Origin: a bacterium
GTDB lineage: Bacteria; Bacillota; DTU030; JBMNJR01
Direction: 5' to 3'
Assembly (NCBI GenBank): GCA_050951765.1
Contig: JBMNJR010000003.1
Location: 188 to 64,187, forward strand
DNA length: 64,000 bases
Under the pieces are notes generated by a model that saw only the letters and a program-made list of their open reading frames with translations, had not been told where the DNA came from and did no database searches. This document shows, piece after piece, positions 1-9,470 of this stretch (position 1 is its first letter; each line of letters starts with the position of its first letter). Both the position numbers and the translations under genes were made by a program.

Positions 1-103
1 GAGCAGCATTAACCATGATCCGTTCGACCTCCTTCAGGTCATTAAGAACATCGGAGGCGCAGTCGTAAAACTCCAGAATTAGTTGACGACCTAAAGCATT
101 CAT
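1..103 (-). CDS. speH: S-adenosylmethionine decarboxylase proenzyme, N-terminal 34 codons only; the gene continues past the window start
   Basis: The reverse complement of 1..103 reads ATG AAT GCT TTA GGT CGT CAA ... = MNALGRQLILEFYDCASDVLNDLKEVERIMVNAA. This matches the conserved N-terminus of bacterial SpeH/SpeD (METMGRHVISELWGCD..LND...IEK). An AAAAAGGAGGAG ribosome-binding site lies just upstream of the ATG at 103..101. Confidence 0.7.
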   Translation of the reverse strand, partial: MNALGRQLILEFYDCASDVLNDLKEVERIMVNAA

Positions 104-169
104 TCCGGTCTCCTCCTTTTTACAAATACATTCAACTAAAATTTTAACAAATAGCTGCAAGATGTCAAG

Positions 170-1901
170 GTATATCGGTTAAGAGCTATTTGCGTTGCCC
201 GTTTCTTTTGTTAATGAACAATGGGTCTCACCGCAAGACAACAGCTAATTTTTTGTTTTTAACCGTTATCGATGATGAAAAGCATGATCATCCATAATTT
301 GTCAGCAAAAAAGAATACATTGACCCCACCGTTCCATTACCTGCAAACTTGATTTTCGAACTGTTGAGGCTGCTTTTAGCCGCAGGCCACCAGGCTTCGG
401 AGTTTTTCTTCTTGGTTTTCTTTAATTCGGCCCAGCGCCATGGCCAGCATAACGCAAAGCGCCAAGGAACACCGGAGCTTCATTTTCCTCTGCCCGCGGA
501 TGGTATGTACTTCGAAACCAAAGGAAACATCCAACCTACTGTTAACCCGCTCCACCGCCGGCCGCTTGTTATATTCTCTTTTCCATTTATAACTGGCGCG
601 GTCGATGGGGGTAAAGATCCGACGGTCTTCCGACATGGCAACACGAATCCCCTGTGCTACCGGGCATTCTTCTTGCCCTTTACATTTAATCCCGTACCGC
701 CTAGCCGGACAGAGCTTCTTCAACGTTCCGCGGTCCTTCTCAAAACCGCCGCCTGGCATTTCACGGCAGGCCCCGGTTACCGGGCAGTAGCAAAACACGT
801 TGCCTTTGTAGTTGTAGACTACGTTCTTTTTATCGGCAAGCAGACGCGTTTTGTCCTCATCTTTCCAAGTATTACGGATGTCAATGACCGGTTTGATCCT
901 GTAATCGTCCCAGCAGGCCACTATTAATTTGGTGTCATCGTAGGCTTTGTCGGCAGCCAGGGTCTCTGCTTTTTCCATGATTTCCGGCTGGTTTTCCGCC
1001 AGTTGCTTTAACATACGGCGCCCTTCAATGACGTCAGATTCTGCCGCTTTGGTTACTGAATAACCCACAGGTAACTCGTAGGTTGCGTCGACTACTAAAT
1101 GAAGCTTGTAGCCAAACCATTTGACGATTTTTACCCACGCACTGCCGTCTTTACGTACCCCACGATATTCTTTCTTTGCATATTCCGCATCTATATCCCG
1201 ACGACCGTCAGCAGTTTTCTTTTTATTCTTGTGTTTGGCGAAAGACGGGATAGCTTTGCTGTCTATTGCCAGGTGCTTCCCGAAATTCTGCAGTATTTCC
1301 GTAAGCTCTTTTACCAACCGATTAAAGAGCCCGTCAATCATGGTTTCGTGGGCTATCAATGTTTTTAAAAACCGGGTGTAAACCCATGGCGGCGGTACTT
1401 GATCATCAAACCCGCACAGTTCCCGTAATTGCCCGTTGCGCGACAACTCCCGCCGAAGCTCTTCTATACTGCGGTGTTGGAATACTATTCCTGCCAAAAT
1501 GGAATTCCATACGGCGCGTACCGGATAATCGTCCCGGCCTTGTCCCCGCTTTTTTTCTAATGTCCTAACCAGATCTTCATCCGGCATATAGTCCAATACC
1601 AATTGCAGCCGTTTTAAATCGCCAAGAGGTTGAATTTCCGTCCACGCAAACAACTTTTTTTGTGGTATAATAGCCATGAGGATGACCTCCTTTACGTTTG
1701 TTTTTGGATAATTCAAACGTTCTTCATTTATGGAGGCTCATCCTCTTTTTTATGGGGTGAATTTTTCGATTTTATCCGTTATCTGCTCTGCATTCCCCTG
1801 TTTTTTGGCCTTTTCTTGGGGTAAAGTTTTTTTATCACGTCTTTCTATCCCTTATTTCATCGGCCTTTCTGGACAACGCAAATAGCTCTTAGTACGATAG
1901 C
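170..1901. mobile_element. Insertion sequence of about 1.73 kb carrying one DDE transposase gene
   Basis: Imperfect terminal inverted repeats: left 170..197 gtatatcggttAAGAGCTATTTGCGTTG, and the reverse complement of right 1874..1901 gctatcgtactAAGAGCTATTTGCGTTG. The 17-nt core is identical and the outer part is related (shared tatcg, offset by one base). The element is flanked by GTCAAG at 164..169 and 1902..1907, a candidate 6-bp target-site duplication. Confidence 0.55.
376..1716 (-). CDS. DDE transposase of the IS4/IS5 superfamily type, 446 aa
   Basis: Long ORF inside the inverted-repeat-bounded element. The N-terminal helix-turn-helix-like region and the C-terminal block YNKRPAVERVNSRLD...LALCVM resemble the Y-x2-R-x3-E catalytic tail of IS4/IS5-type transposases. 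The exact IS family was not resolved. Confidence 0.65.
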   Translation of the reverse strand: MNYPKTNVKEVILMAIIPQKKLFAWTEIQPLGDLKRLQLVLDYMPDEDLVRTLEKKRGQGRDDYPVRAVWNSILAGIVFQHRSIEELRRELSRNGQLRELCGFDDQVPPPWVYTRFLKTLIAHETMIDGLFNRLVKELTEILQNFGKHLAIDSKAIPSFAKHKNKKKTADGRRDIDAEYAKKEYRGVRKDGSAWVKIVKWFGYKLHLVVDATYELPVGYSVTKAAESDVIEGRRMLKQLAENQPEIMEKAETLAADKAYDDTKLIVACWDDYRIKPVIDIRNTWKDEDKTRLLADKKNVVYNYKGNVFCYCPVTGACREMPGGGFEKDRGTLKKLCPARRYGIKCKGQEECPVAQGIRVAMSEDRRIFTPIDRASYKWKREYNKRPAVERVNSRLDVSFGFEVHTIRGQRKMKLRCSLALCVMLAMALGRIKENQEEKLRSLVACG

Positions 1902-1955
1902 GTCAAGATACTATGGGTTTTAAAAATAAAAGTAATCTCCTGTTTACCTGCTACT

Positions 1956-3344
1956 TTAAGCATCCCTCACTGACTTAAGGAACTGGGAAGCCCAAGTCCT
2001 TTTGCCAATATTCAAAATGGTTATGTTACCGATGGTTTCGCGCGATGCTGTAAGCTTTCTCTTCCTAATAATCTCCCGGTCTACTTTTACCTCACTTGCT
2101 TCATTTATTGCTGCTTTTTTCTTTCGCATAAATATGTCATACACATCTCCGCCATTCGCTACAAAGACCCTTAACCTGGCCATCTGGTCCACACCCGTTC
2201 TACTCCAGCCCAGAGGCCGTGAGCTTAACCTGGACGACAAGATATGGCTAACATGACCTTCTGCACTGCAGCCGATGTAATCCGACACATACTGCCGCAT
2301 TATCCCTTCCCAGTTGCCTAGTATATATCTTCTTGCTTCCTGCACAGCTCTCTTCTTTGTTTCCGGCTCAGTTGTACTTATGATTGCTTTAAATAGCTCT
2401 TTTACACTTTCCTTGTCTCCAGCATTTATATAATCCCACATAATTGGTGTGGTGTAGCTCATATGCGCTGTAGCTTGAGTTACATACTTTGATAAGTGAT
2501 AACGGTCCAGTACAAAGATGCTTCCCTTTATCCAGCCTAGTCCATTCTTTATCCATGCAGCACCATCCCCTGAGAGGTATATCTTTTCAATAGAATCCAT
2601 ATCATAAGTCTTATCTATGTAGTCCAAAACTTCCACCCATAGCTCATCACTGTTTGCATAAATACCGCTGAAATACCTTGCATTTATTAACCTCCACCGA
2701 TTTTCCCCAACCCGTTCCCTACCCTCATGTACATATACAAGCTTTGGTTCTGCGTAGCCCCCAGTCTGAAGTGGTACATGATCTTCATCAGCTTCTATGT
2801 ACAGTACCTTTACCGCCTTTTTATCTTGCTTAACCTCTACTGCGTCATTGTCTACACTGCCAAGCTCACGGATACTGTTCATTACTGTCTGTGATGTTAG
2901 ATCCACAGCTTCAGCTGCTTCCTTTGCACTTCTACTATAGGGCATAAATACTGCTTCCTCTATGAGCCTTGCCTTTAGTGAAGCATCCATTTTATCATGG
3001 GCTTTTATGCCCACAGCCTCATCTGACAGGTAGCTGTATTCACCTGTTTTTTTATTCTTGTAATATGTTCTTTTATACCTGACTTCGCCAAATATTGTCA
3101 TAAGGGTCTTTTCAGCTGCTTTCTCCTTTACTGTCCAGTTTCGTTTCCGGTCTTTACTGTTTCTATACGCCTCGTCTATTGTTTCCAAGGCTTCGGCCAC
3201 TAGGGTTACTCCAATCTCGTCCAACGTCTTCTTAGTAGCTAGAATAAATTCGGATATGTCTCTTCTTTCACGTATCAGATTCTCTAGTTCCTTTTCAAAA
3301 CTACTGCTGATTTTTTCTATGATTTCCTGTATAATTAGTTCCAT
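1956..3344 (-). CDS. ISLre2 family (UPF0236) transposase, 462 aa
   Basis: Protein MELIIQEIIEKISSSFEKELENL...KVLYIEADEDHVPLQ...; length and motifs fit ISLre2-family transposases common in Clostridia and Thermoanaerobacter. Confidence 0.6.
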   Translation of the reverse strand: MELIIQEIIEKISSSFEKELENLIRERRDISEFILATKKTLDEIGVTLVAEALETIDEAYRNSKDRKRNWTVKEKAAEKTLMTIFGEVRYKRTYYKNKKTGEYSYLSDEAVGIKAHDKMDASLKARLIEEAVFMPYSRSAKEAAEAVDLTSQTVMNSIRELGSVDNDAVEVKQDKKAVKVLYIEADEDHVPLQTGGYAEPKLVYVHEGRERVGENRWRLINARYFSGIYANSDELWVEVLDYIDKTYDMDSIEKIYLSGDGAAWIKNGLGWIKGSIFVLDRYHLSKYVTQATAHMSYTTPIMWDYINAGDKESVKELFKAIISTTEPETKKRAVQEARRYILGNWEGIMRQYVSDYIGCSAEGHVSHILSSRLSSRPLGWSRTGVDQMARLRVFVANGGDVYDIFMRKKKAAINEASEVKVDREIIRKRKLTASRETIGNITILNIGKRTWASQFLKSVRDA

Positions 3345-3421
3345 AAGAGTATCTCCTTTTCTCTGTGATTATTGTGGTCCTTCACAAATTACATGATATC
3401 ACAGGAGAGATACTCTTATCT
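3345..3421 (-). promoter_or_regulatory. Stem-loop in the transposase 5' leader that sequesters the ribosome-binding site and start codon
   Basis: The minus-strand leader AUAAGAGUAUCUCUCCUGUGAU...AUCACAGAGAAAAGGAGAUACUCUU-AUG has a roughly 22-bp imperfect inverted repeat. Its 3' arm contains the AAAGGAG ribosome-binding site and abuts the ATG. Confidence 0.45.
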
Positions 3422-3541
3422 TTTATTTTTTGGTTTTTCCCCAAAGTAATTTTACACTAACCGGTTAAACGCAAATTATCAAATCAAGATTATAAGAACT
3501 TGCCAATTCGCTACTTTATTTTGATTTGCTCCTAATTACGC

Positions 3542-5734
3542 CTAAGAACCGCCTTCTTTTTTAATCAATGTTAAGAGAATAGTAATGGGAAAAATCAATG
3601 CAGTAGCCGCTGCCACTACACCGGAGTCATTTACTATTAAGGCAACCAAAGCCGCGCCCCCACCTCCGACCAATCCAGACCAAAGATAAGGATAACCGGT
3701 ACTAATCTGCACCAGCGGCCTTGGCGGGCGCACCGATATAATTATAAAAACCAATAACGCAACTAACAGCACCAAACTCCACCAAGAGTAGCGCAATAGT
3801 TTAAAATTCAGGGCAAGTTTCCGTTGCACGATCAGAAAAAGCTCCCATGGTCCTTCATTCATTAACAGTTGAACTGTCTGTCCAAAATGTGAAGATGTTT
3901 CCTGGGCTAATGTCCATTCCCCAAAACCTAGTGCAATTAAGAATAAAACTATACCACAGGCACAAGCAAAAAAATACCTGCCGGAAAGAAAATCTTTATT
4001 GAGCCATAAAATGGTCATTGCCGTTCCTCCCATTACCGCTATGGTTCCGCCCAAATTAACCCCTAGACTGGGGTGAGCTAAAAAAATAAGTATAAACAAT
4101 AACCCAAAACCAATTACAAGCAGCGGCAATTTAACCATATGCCTCTTATCAAGGAAATCGGCCAAACCAGTAAAACCGATAAATCCTGCCCCTAAAAATA
4201 CCCCCATGTATTCGTTACCAATTCCGTAGTAACGGGCACCGCTAATGGGACAATAGCTAAAAAGAGAGCGACGGAGGAAAAATTGGCCGGTAAGCAAATC
4301 TAAAGCCAGTGCAGCCACAGTAACTAAAGCCAACATAATAATAGATCTGTACTGAGTCCACCGCCTACTATTAAAAATAAAAAATAAAAGCAGATTGATG
4401 AGCATAAATTGCATAAAAGTTTTTTTCAAATCCGCAGTAGAAAAAATCGGCAGTATTAATAAAGCAAAAGGCCCCGTCGCCACTGCAAATAGTAATGATA
4501 GCCAATTATTACTGCGCAAAATACCATAGATACTCAATGTGGCGCCAATAAGAGCGATAATAATAAACAAAATATAAGCCTTAATAATTATTGGCCGTTG
4601 CTGGAAATTGTTTAGTGACACTTCGTATAATATTTTTAGTTCTTTTAAGGGGTTAACGTTAGGGATAACCTGAAAGGGTCTGCCTGTAGTCGGACGAAGG
4701 GGGGAAATCTGATAATGGGCAAGGATAGAAGGAGCAATATCAATATTTGCCACTAGCCCCGGCCAACGGGTAGTAGGAGAAGATAGAAGCCCCGGTCTTA
4801 TACCCTGCCCCACAACAATAATTGGTGTTAGTCGTTCACCATTTCTGTAACCGTGATATGATGTTGCAGGGGAAACTATTATGAGTACAGTTTTTTCCCA
4901 ATCGATTAATTGTTGAAGTTCCGCCAAAAAAGCATCTGCTTCCGCAATAGCTTTTAACTTATGGGAACGACCAACCTCGGGCAGACAAAATTGCCTGTAT
5001 TCCTCTGCCCGGGTTGTATCACCCCACTCAATTACGATCACATTACTTGTTTGCGCCACCTGTTGAAACTCTGCCAGCAGTCTGGTTGTATTTGTTTTAA
5101 TGCCAAAGGGAGCTTCTGAACACTTACTCACCACCTGGGAACCAATGACTCCTGCTTCGATTAAACCATTGGTATCCATCAGAACACCTGCAGCAGGCCT
5201 ATTTCTTCGCTGCGGTAAGTCAGCGTTTCCCAATAACGCCCGGGAAATTCCCGCCTCAGCTAAGGATTGGCCTAATAACCCGGGCGTAATTGTCACAGGA
5301 AGCGATTTATTGCGCTCTATGATTTCCCCAATACCCAGATACAGTATCTTATTGTCTTCTAGCTCAAAACTTACTCTGCGGTGTAAAACGTCAGCAGCAC
5401 TTTCATGCCCCCAAGCCTCTGTAATCTCTAAAGCTGGTTCAATGCTGTCTGATCCCGCTGCCCGTGTTCCAGCACCTAAGGTCAAATAAGCTGCAGTTCT
5501 TGCCGCTCCAGAAGCTGTAGAGGTATTCAAAAGGCCAATGGCACCGGCTGCAATGAATGAATCAATAGTGGGTGTGTGGGCATGGTTAAACTCAGTAAAA
5601 GTAATAGCGTCAATTATAAAGATTACTACTTGTTTTTCATGATTTATCATCTCATCTTCTGCATTGACTAACTTAATTGAGCATGATAGCAAGCACAAAG
5701 CCAATAGCAAACTAAGCAGGTATTTATTTAACAT
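3542..5734 (-). CDS. Membrane protein, 730 aa: signal peptide, then an alkaline-phosphatase-superfamily-like extracytoplasmic domain, then about 10 C-terminal transmembrane helices
   Basis: N-terminus MLNKYLLSLLLALCLLSCS is a signal peptide. The block VVIFIIDAITFTEF..HTPTIDSF resembles the metal-binding start of alkaline-phosphatase-superfamily enzymes (compare DeoB IIIVLDSLGIG in this window). The C-terminal roughly 350 aa are strongly hydrophobic. No confident family assignment. Confidence 0.45.
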   Translation of the reverse strand: MLNKYLLSLLLALCLLSCSIKLVNAEDEMINHEKQVVIFIIDAITFTEFNHAHTPTIDSFIAAGAIGLLNTSTASGAARTAAYLTLGAGTRAAGSDSIEPALEITEAWGHESAADVLHRRVSFELEDNKILYLGIGEIIERNKSLPVTITPGLLGQSLAEAGISRALLGNADLPQRRNRPAAGVLMDTNGLIEAGVIGSQVVSKCSEAPFGIKTNTTRLLAEFQQVAQTSNVIVIEWGDTTRAEEYRQFCLPEVGRSHKLKAIAEADAFLAELQQLIDWEKTVLIIVSPATSYHGYRNGERLTPIIVVGQGIRPGLLSSPTTRWPGLVANIDIAPSILAHYQISPLRPTTGRPFQVIPNVNPLKELKILYEVSLNNFQQRPIIIKAYILFIIIALIGATLSIYGILRSNNWLSLLFAVATGPFALLILPIFSTADLKKTFMQFMLINLLLFFIFNSRRWTQYRSIIMLALVTVAALALDLLTGQFFLRRSLFSYCPISGARYYGIGNEYMGVFLGAGFIGFTGLADFLDKRHMVKLPLLVIGFGLLFILIFLAHPSLGVNLGGTIAVMGGTAMTILWLNKDFLSGRYFFACACGIVLFLIALGFGEWTLAQETSSHFGQTVQLLMNEGPWELFLIVQRKLALNFKLLRYSWWSLVLLVALLVFIIISVRPPRPLVQISTGYPYLWSGLVGGGGAALVALIVNDSGVVAAATALIFPITILLTLIKKEGGS

Positions 5735-5911
5735 AGTTCCCTCCTGCTAAATCAAACGATGTTATATACTTTCCAGCAAAGCAATTCGTTTCGTGTCTCC
5801 TTGAGCTGTACTGAGCAAATTCATATCTTAAGGACTAATTATTATCACCTGATTCTGTTTGCGTTCAATGCAGCATAAATTATTATTCCCTTAAGCACAG
5901 CTTAGAAATAC

Positions 5912-5944
5912 AAAAAGCAGGTTAAAGGACAACCTGCTTTTACT
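5912..5944 (-). terminator. Rho-independent terminator downstream of tRNA-Pro
   Basis: Minus strand AAAAGCAGGTTGTCCTTTAACCTGCTTTTTGTATTT: an 11-bp stem followed by a U-tract, immediately 3' of the tRNA. Confidence 0.55.
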
Positions 5945-5952
5945 TTCCTTTA

Positions 5953-6029
5953 TGGTCGGAGTAAGCGGATTTGAACCGCTGGCCTCTAGCTCCCCATGCT
6001 AGCGCTCTACCAAGCTGAGCTATACCCCG
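5953..6029 (-). tRNA. tRNA-Pro (anticodon GGG), 77 nt with encoded CCA
   Basis: Reverse complement is CGGGGTATAGCTCAGCTTGGTAGAGCGCTAGCATGGGGAGCTAGAGGCCAGCGGTTCAAATCCGCTTACTCCGACCA. Acceptor stem CGGGGTA/TACTCCG (one G-U pair), D arm GCTC..GAGC, anticodon stem CTAGC/GCTAG with loop ATGGGGA, T arm AGCGG TTCAAAT CCGCT. Confidence 0.85.
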
Positions 6030-6083
6030 CCAACACATATTAAGTATATATCATTTTGAGCTAGAATTCAAGTCCCCATTCCA

Positions 6084-6995
6084 TCAGACTGCCTCTACAC
6101 CTTTGCTGCTAATAGCCAATGTAAAGGTGCGGGAGCTTATTCCCATACTGGAAAAAGCTTTTTCCATTGCTGTTCCTACACCGATGCCATCGCTTGCTTT
6201 ATTAACCAACGCCAAAACAGTGGGGCCGGAACCGCTAAGAGTTGCGCCAATTGCCCCTGCTCGTCTTGCCTGGGCAAAAACAGATTCCATACCTGGTACC
6301 AAAGCCTCTCTATAGGGCAAATGGAGCCTATCTTGCATGGCATCAGACAACACATCCCAGCGTTTATTCTGTAGCGCACCTAATAATAAAGCTACCCGGG
6401 CTACATTAAAAACTGCGTCGGCAAAGGGAACCTTTACGGGTAAAACACCGCGAGCCTCTTCTGTTGATACGGAAAAATCAGGAACACAAACTACAGCATA
6501 CAAATCTTCCGGAACATTTAATTTAAGGCAATGATAGCCTAATAAATCGCTCCGACCACAGGCTACTACCAGCCCGCCAAACATTGCCGGAGCAACATTA
6601 TCCGGATGACCTTCCAATTCTATGGCAAGATCAAGTAAAGTTGTCAATGGCAGGTTATGCCCACTTAATACATTGCCGGCAACCAATCCCGCAGTTATTG
6701 CAGCAGCACTACTACCTAAACCACTGGCTAAAGGAATTTGATTATATAATTGTAAATCCACTGCCGGCGGCACTTGATTTATTCTCCGGTAAAAGCTTTT
6801 ATAGGCTTGATATACTAAATTATCTTCTTTGCGGGACAGTATCTTTTCTCCTTCACCATAAATTTCAATAGAGATCCCTGAGCCGTCCCTGGGTCTAACC
6901 ATAACAGTATTATATAAATCGAGAGCTATTCCTAAGCAATCAAAGCCTGGACCAAGATTGGCTGCAGTGGCCGGTGCTTTTATCTTTAGCATATT
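6084..6995 (-). CDS. thrB: Homoserine kinase
   Basis: MLKIKAPATAANLGPGFDCLGIAL... is the GHMP kinase N-terminus typical of ThrB, with the PxxSGLGSSAA ATP motif. The likely start is the internal Met (MLKIKAP) rather than the ORF-track start. Confidence 0.85.
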   Translation of the reverse strand, partial: NMLKIKAPATAANLGPGFDCLGIALDLYNTVMVRPRDGSGISIEIYGEGEKILSRKEDNLVYQAYKSFYRRINQVPPAVDLQLYNQIPLASGLGSSAAAITAGLVAGNVLSGHNLPLTTLLDLAIELEGHPDNVAPAMFGGLVVACGRSDLLGYHCLKLNVPEDLYAVVCVPDFSVSTEEARGVLPVKVPFADAVFNVARVALLLGALQNKRWDVLSDAMQDRLHLPYREALVPGMESVFAQARRAGAIGATLSGSGPTVLALVNKASDGIGVGTAMEKAFSSMGISSRTFTLAISSKGVEAV

Positions 6996-7027
6996 TTGCC
7001 CCTCCTCTACTTTACCTGGTATTAACT

Positions 7028-7477
7028 CTACCAACCTTGACCTATAATTTCAATTTTTCGCACACCTTCACATTTGCCCAGATCAATCAATAGCCTTTCT
7101 GCCTCTACACTCATTTCCTTTGTCTCCATAGTTATCGAAACATTAGCAACACCCTGCAATGGAAGGCCTTGATTTATGGTGAGAATGTTACCACGGGCAT
7201 TGGCAATAAGTGATAGGATTTGCGATAAAACTCCTGGCTGGTGTTCCAAGAGAAGGTAGAAGGTAATTATCTTTTCCCTACTAAGTTCTGTGAAAGGAAA
7301 TACATAATCACGATATTTATAATAGGCGGCCCGACTAATACCCGCTTTTTTAACCGCTTCATTTACAGTTTTGCATACACCCTTTTTTAAGTATTCCTTT
7401 ACTTGAATTGTCTTTTTGAATGTTGTAGGAAGAGCTTCTTCTTTGAGCAAGAATAACGCATCTTTATTATTTGCCAT
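7028..7477 (-). CDS. ACT domain-containing protein (UPF0735/PheB-like)
   Basis: 149 aa with a C-terminal ACT fold (HQPGVLSQILSLIANARGNILTINQ). This is a common neighbour of thr and hom genes in Firmicutes. Confidence 0.6.
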   Translation of the reverse strand: MANNKDALFLLKEEALPTTFKKTIQVKEYLKKGVCKTVNEAVKKAGISRAAYYKYRDYVFPFTELSREKIITFYLLLEHQPGVLSQILSLIANARGNILTINQGLPLQGVANVSITMETKEMSVEAERLLIDLGKCEGVRKIEIIGQGW

Positions 7478-7669
7478 CTCTTATCTCTCCCAGTCTATTA
7501 TTTACAAACAACTATCTATGTACGAAAGACATTATACCATATAAGTATATCCATTGGCAATTAAAAACAACCAATCAGCATATCATCCATTAGTTAACGG
7601 CATAGAACATCCACTTACATCCCTCTGCCAACACCGCAAATCGGCAGGGTACGTATTGATCATTACACA

Positions 7670-7700
7670 ATAAAAAAAGAGCCGGAAATTAACCGGCTCA
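7670..7700 (-). terminator. Rho-independent terminator after spoIVA
   Basis: Minus strand GAGCCGGTTAATTTCCGGCTCTTTTTTTATTG: an 8-bp stem plus a U-tract, 4-10 nt after the spoIVA stop. Confidence 0.6.
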
Positions 7701-7703
7701 CGC

Positions 7704-9182
7704 TTACAGAATAATGCAGATAAGCCCTCCGCCACCTTCGTTTACAATTCGCTCCAATGTCTCCTGGATTTTCTCTTGTGCGTTGTCAGGCATCCGATAT
7801 AATTTATTTCGGATCCCTTCCTTTACCAATTCATGCAATGATTTACCAAAAAGATTAGTCTGCCAAAGCTTAGCTGGGTTATCCTCAAACTCTTCCGTTA
7901 AATACATAACTAATTCTTCACACTGTCTTTCAGTACCGATTATGGGGGATACCTCTGCCTTTACATCCGCCCTGATCATATGAATGCTTGGAGCACTGGC
8001 ACGCAAGCGGACCCCAAAGCGATTGCCATGTCGAACTAGCTCCGGTTCATCTAAGATCATTTCATCAAGCCGCGGTTGCACGATACCATAACCGACCCTT
8101 TCAACGTCGCGCAGGGCGTCAGCAACCTTATCATACTCCCGTTTCGCAAAGGAATATTCTTGTAGCACCCGCAATAGACTGGCCTCATCACTTATGGTAG
8201 TGCCGGCAATCTCTTGCATAACCGTGTAAAGTAGATCTTCATGGGGTGTTATTTTTATCTTTGCAACTCCATTCCCTAAATCAAGAGCAACTAAAATTGC
8301 ATTGCGCACAAAATCGTAATTCTCAAAACTCTCCAATGCCACATCTACATCACGGACCCGTAAAACTTGAGTTACAGTTTCCTGTACCGCACCCTTAAAT
8401 TGCTGCCGAAGCCAATGGTTTTCATGCAGCACATCCAACCAAGGAGGAAGCTCTACATCAACTTCTCCAATGGGAAACTCGTATAAAACCTCTTGGAGAA
8501 TTGAATATATATTCTCTAAAGTCAACCGGGCCACATCTACAGGAAGGACGGGAACACTATATTTTTCCTGTAATTGTTCTGCTAGTGCTTGTGTTTCTGG
8601 CGCATCAGGTAAAACTGAATTTAAAATGACAACATACGGTTTACCGATAGCCAGCAATTCCCCAATAACTCTGCCTTCTGCTTCCTCATAGTGTTCACGG
8701 GGGATTTCCGTTATTGTTCCGTCTGTAGTAATCACCAAGCCGATGGTAGAATGCTCAGAAATCACTTTTCTTGTTCCTTCTTCCGCAGCCTGTTGGAAAG
8801 GGATCTCTTCTTCAAACCAAGGTGTTTGCACCATTCTGGGACCGTCTTCTTCTTCATAACCTAATGCCCCTTTGACACTATAACCAACACAATCCACCAT
8901 GCGTACACGAAGAGTAATATTATCCTTAATTGTAACCTCTATTGCTTCTTCTGGAATAAATTTAGGTTCAGTGGTCATAATTGTTTTACCGCCACCGCTT
9001 TGTGGCAGTTCATCCAAAGCACGTTCCCTCTCTGGCCCCACTTCTATATTAGGCAGCACTAATAGTTCCATGAAACGTTTGATAAAAGTCGATTTCCCTG
9101 TTCTGACCGGCCCAACTACGCCGATGTAAATATCCCCTCCAGTTCGTTCAGCAATATCGCGAAAAAGATCAAACTTCTCCAC
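7704..9182 (-). CDS. spoIVA: Stage IV sporulation protein A (coat morphogenetic ATPase)
   Basis: MEKFDLFRDIAERTGGDIYIGVVGPVRTGKSTFIKRFMELLVLPNI is a near-canonical SpoIVA N-terminus with a Walker A motif; 492 aa. The start appears to be GTG. Confidence 0.95.
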   Translation of the reverse strand: MEKFDLFRDIAERTGGDIYIGVVGPVRTGKSTFIKRFMELLVLPNIEVGPERERALDELPQSGGGKTIMTTEPKFIPEEAIEVTIKDNITLRVRMVDCVGYSVKGALGYEEEDGPRMVQTPWFEEEIPFQQAAEEGTRKVISEHSTIGLVITTDGTITEIPREHYEEAEGRVIGELLAIGKPYVVILNSVLPDAPETQALAEQLQEKYSVPVLPVDVARLTLENIYSILQEVLYEFPIGEVDVELPPWLDVLHENHWLRQQFKGAVQETVTQVLRVRDVDVALESFENYDFVRNAILVALDLGNGVAKIKITPHEDLLYTVMQEIAGTTISDEASLLRVLQEYSFAKREYDKVADALRDVERVGYGIVQPRLDEMILDEPELVRHGNRFGVRLRASAPSIHMIRADVKAEVSPIIGTERQCEELVMYLTEEFEDNPAKLWQTNLFGKSLHELVKEGIRNKLYRMPDNAQEKIQETLERIVNEGGGGLICIIL

Positions 9183-9470
9183 TTTTTCTCCCCTCCTTCC
9201 TTATTATCATATTCCTACTTTCCACAGATAGGTTTTAGAACTTTTTGGCTAAAAAACTTAATTTTATGCCCCTCTATTTGCTATTTATAAATTCTTATTT
9301 TCATACCGGGGACCATTATATGTATATTTAGAAAAAGCCGTATGTATGACAAAAAAGAGTGACCTAAACAGCCACTCTACTAGCATGACACATATTAAAA
9401 TGCTGCTATGCATCACAACTAATATTGTCAGTAAAAATCCAGCATTACAGTTAAACTTCAGCATAAAAAA

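Larger units (their letters stand above)
1925..3421. mobile_element. Second IS element, ISLre2-family-like, directly abutting the first; ends are approximate
   Basis: Contains an ISLre2/UPF0236-type transposase gene. The right end carries the arm ATAAGAGTATCTCTCCTGTGAT (reverse complement of 3398..3421). A weakly similar sequence, aaagtaatctcctgt, lies near 1930..1945. Boundaries were not established with confidence. Confidence 0.35.

Noticed and set aside
349-927. Plus-strand ORFs in the track that lie antisense to long minus-strand genes (for example 349..927, 5100..5489, 13325..13891, 14388..14972, 30331..30867, 31599..32018, 34321..34902, 46305..46703, 49158..49535).
   Set aside because: They are shadow ORFs. 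They are fully contained in well-supported genes on the opposite strand, are Pro/Ser/Ala-rich with low complexity, and have no ribosome-binding sites.
9183-9470. A sigma-E-type promoter for spoIVA (CATACATA at about 9341..9348 on the minus strand).
   Set aside because: The -10-like element is present, but I could not pair it with a convincing -35 (kmATATT) at the right spacing. Too weak to report as a feature.
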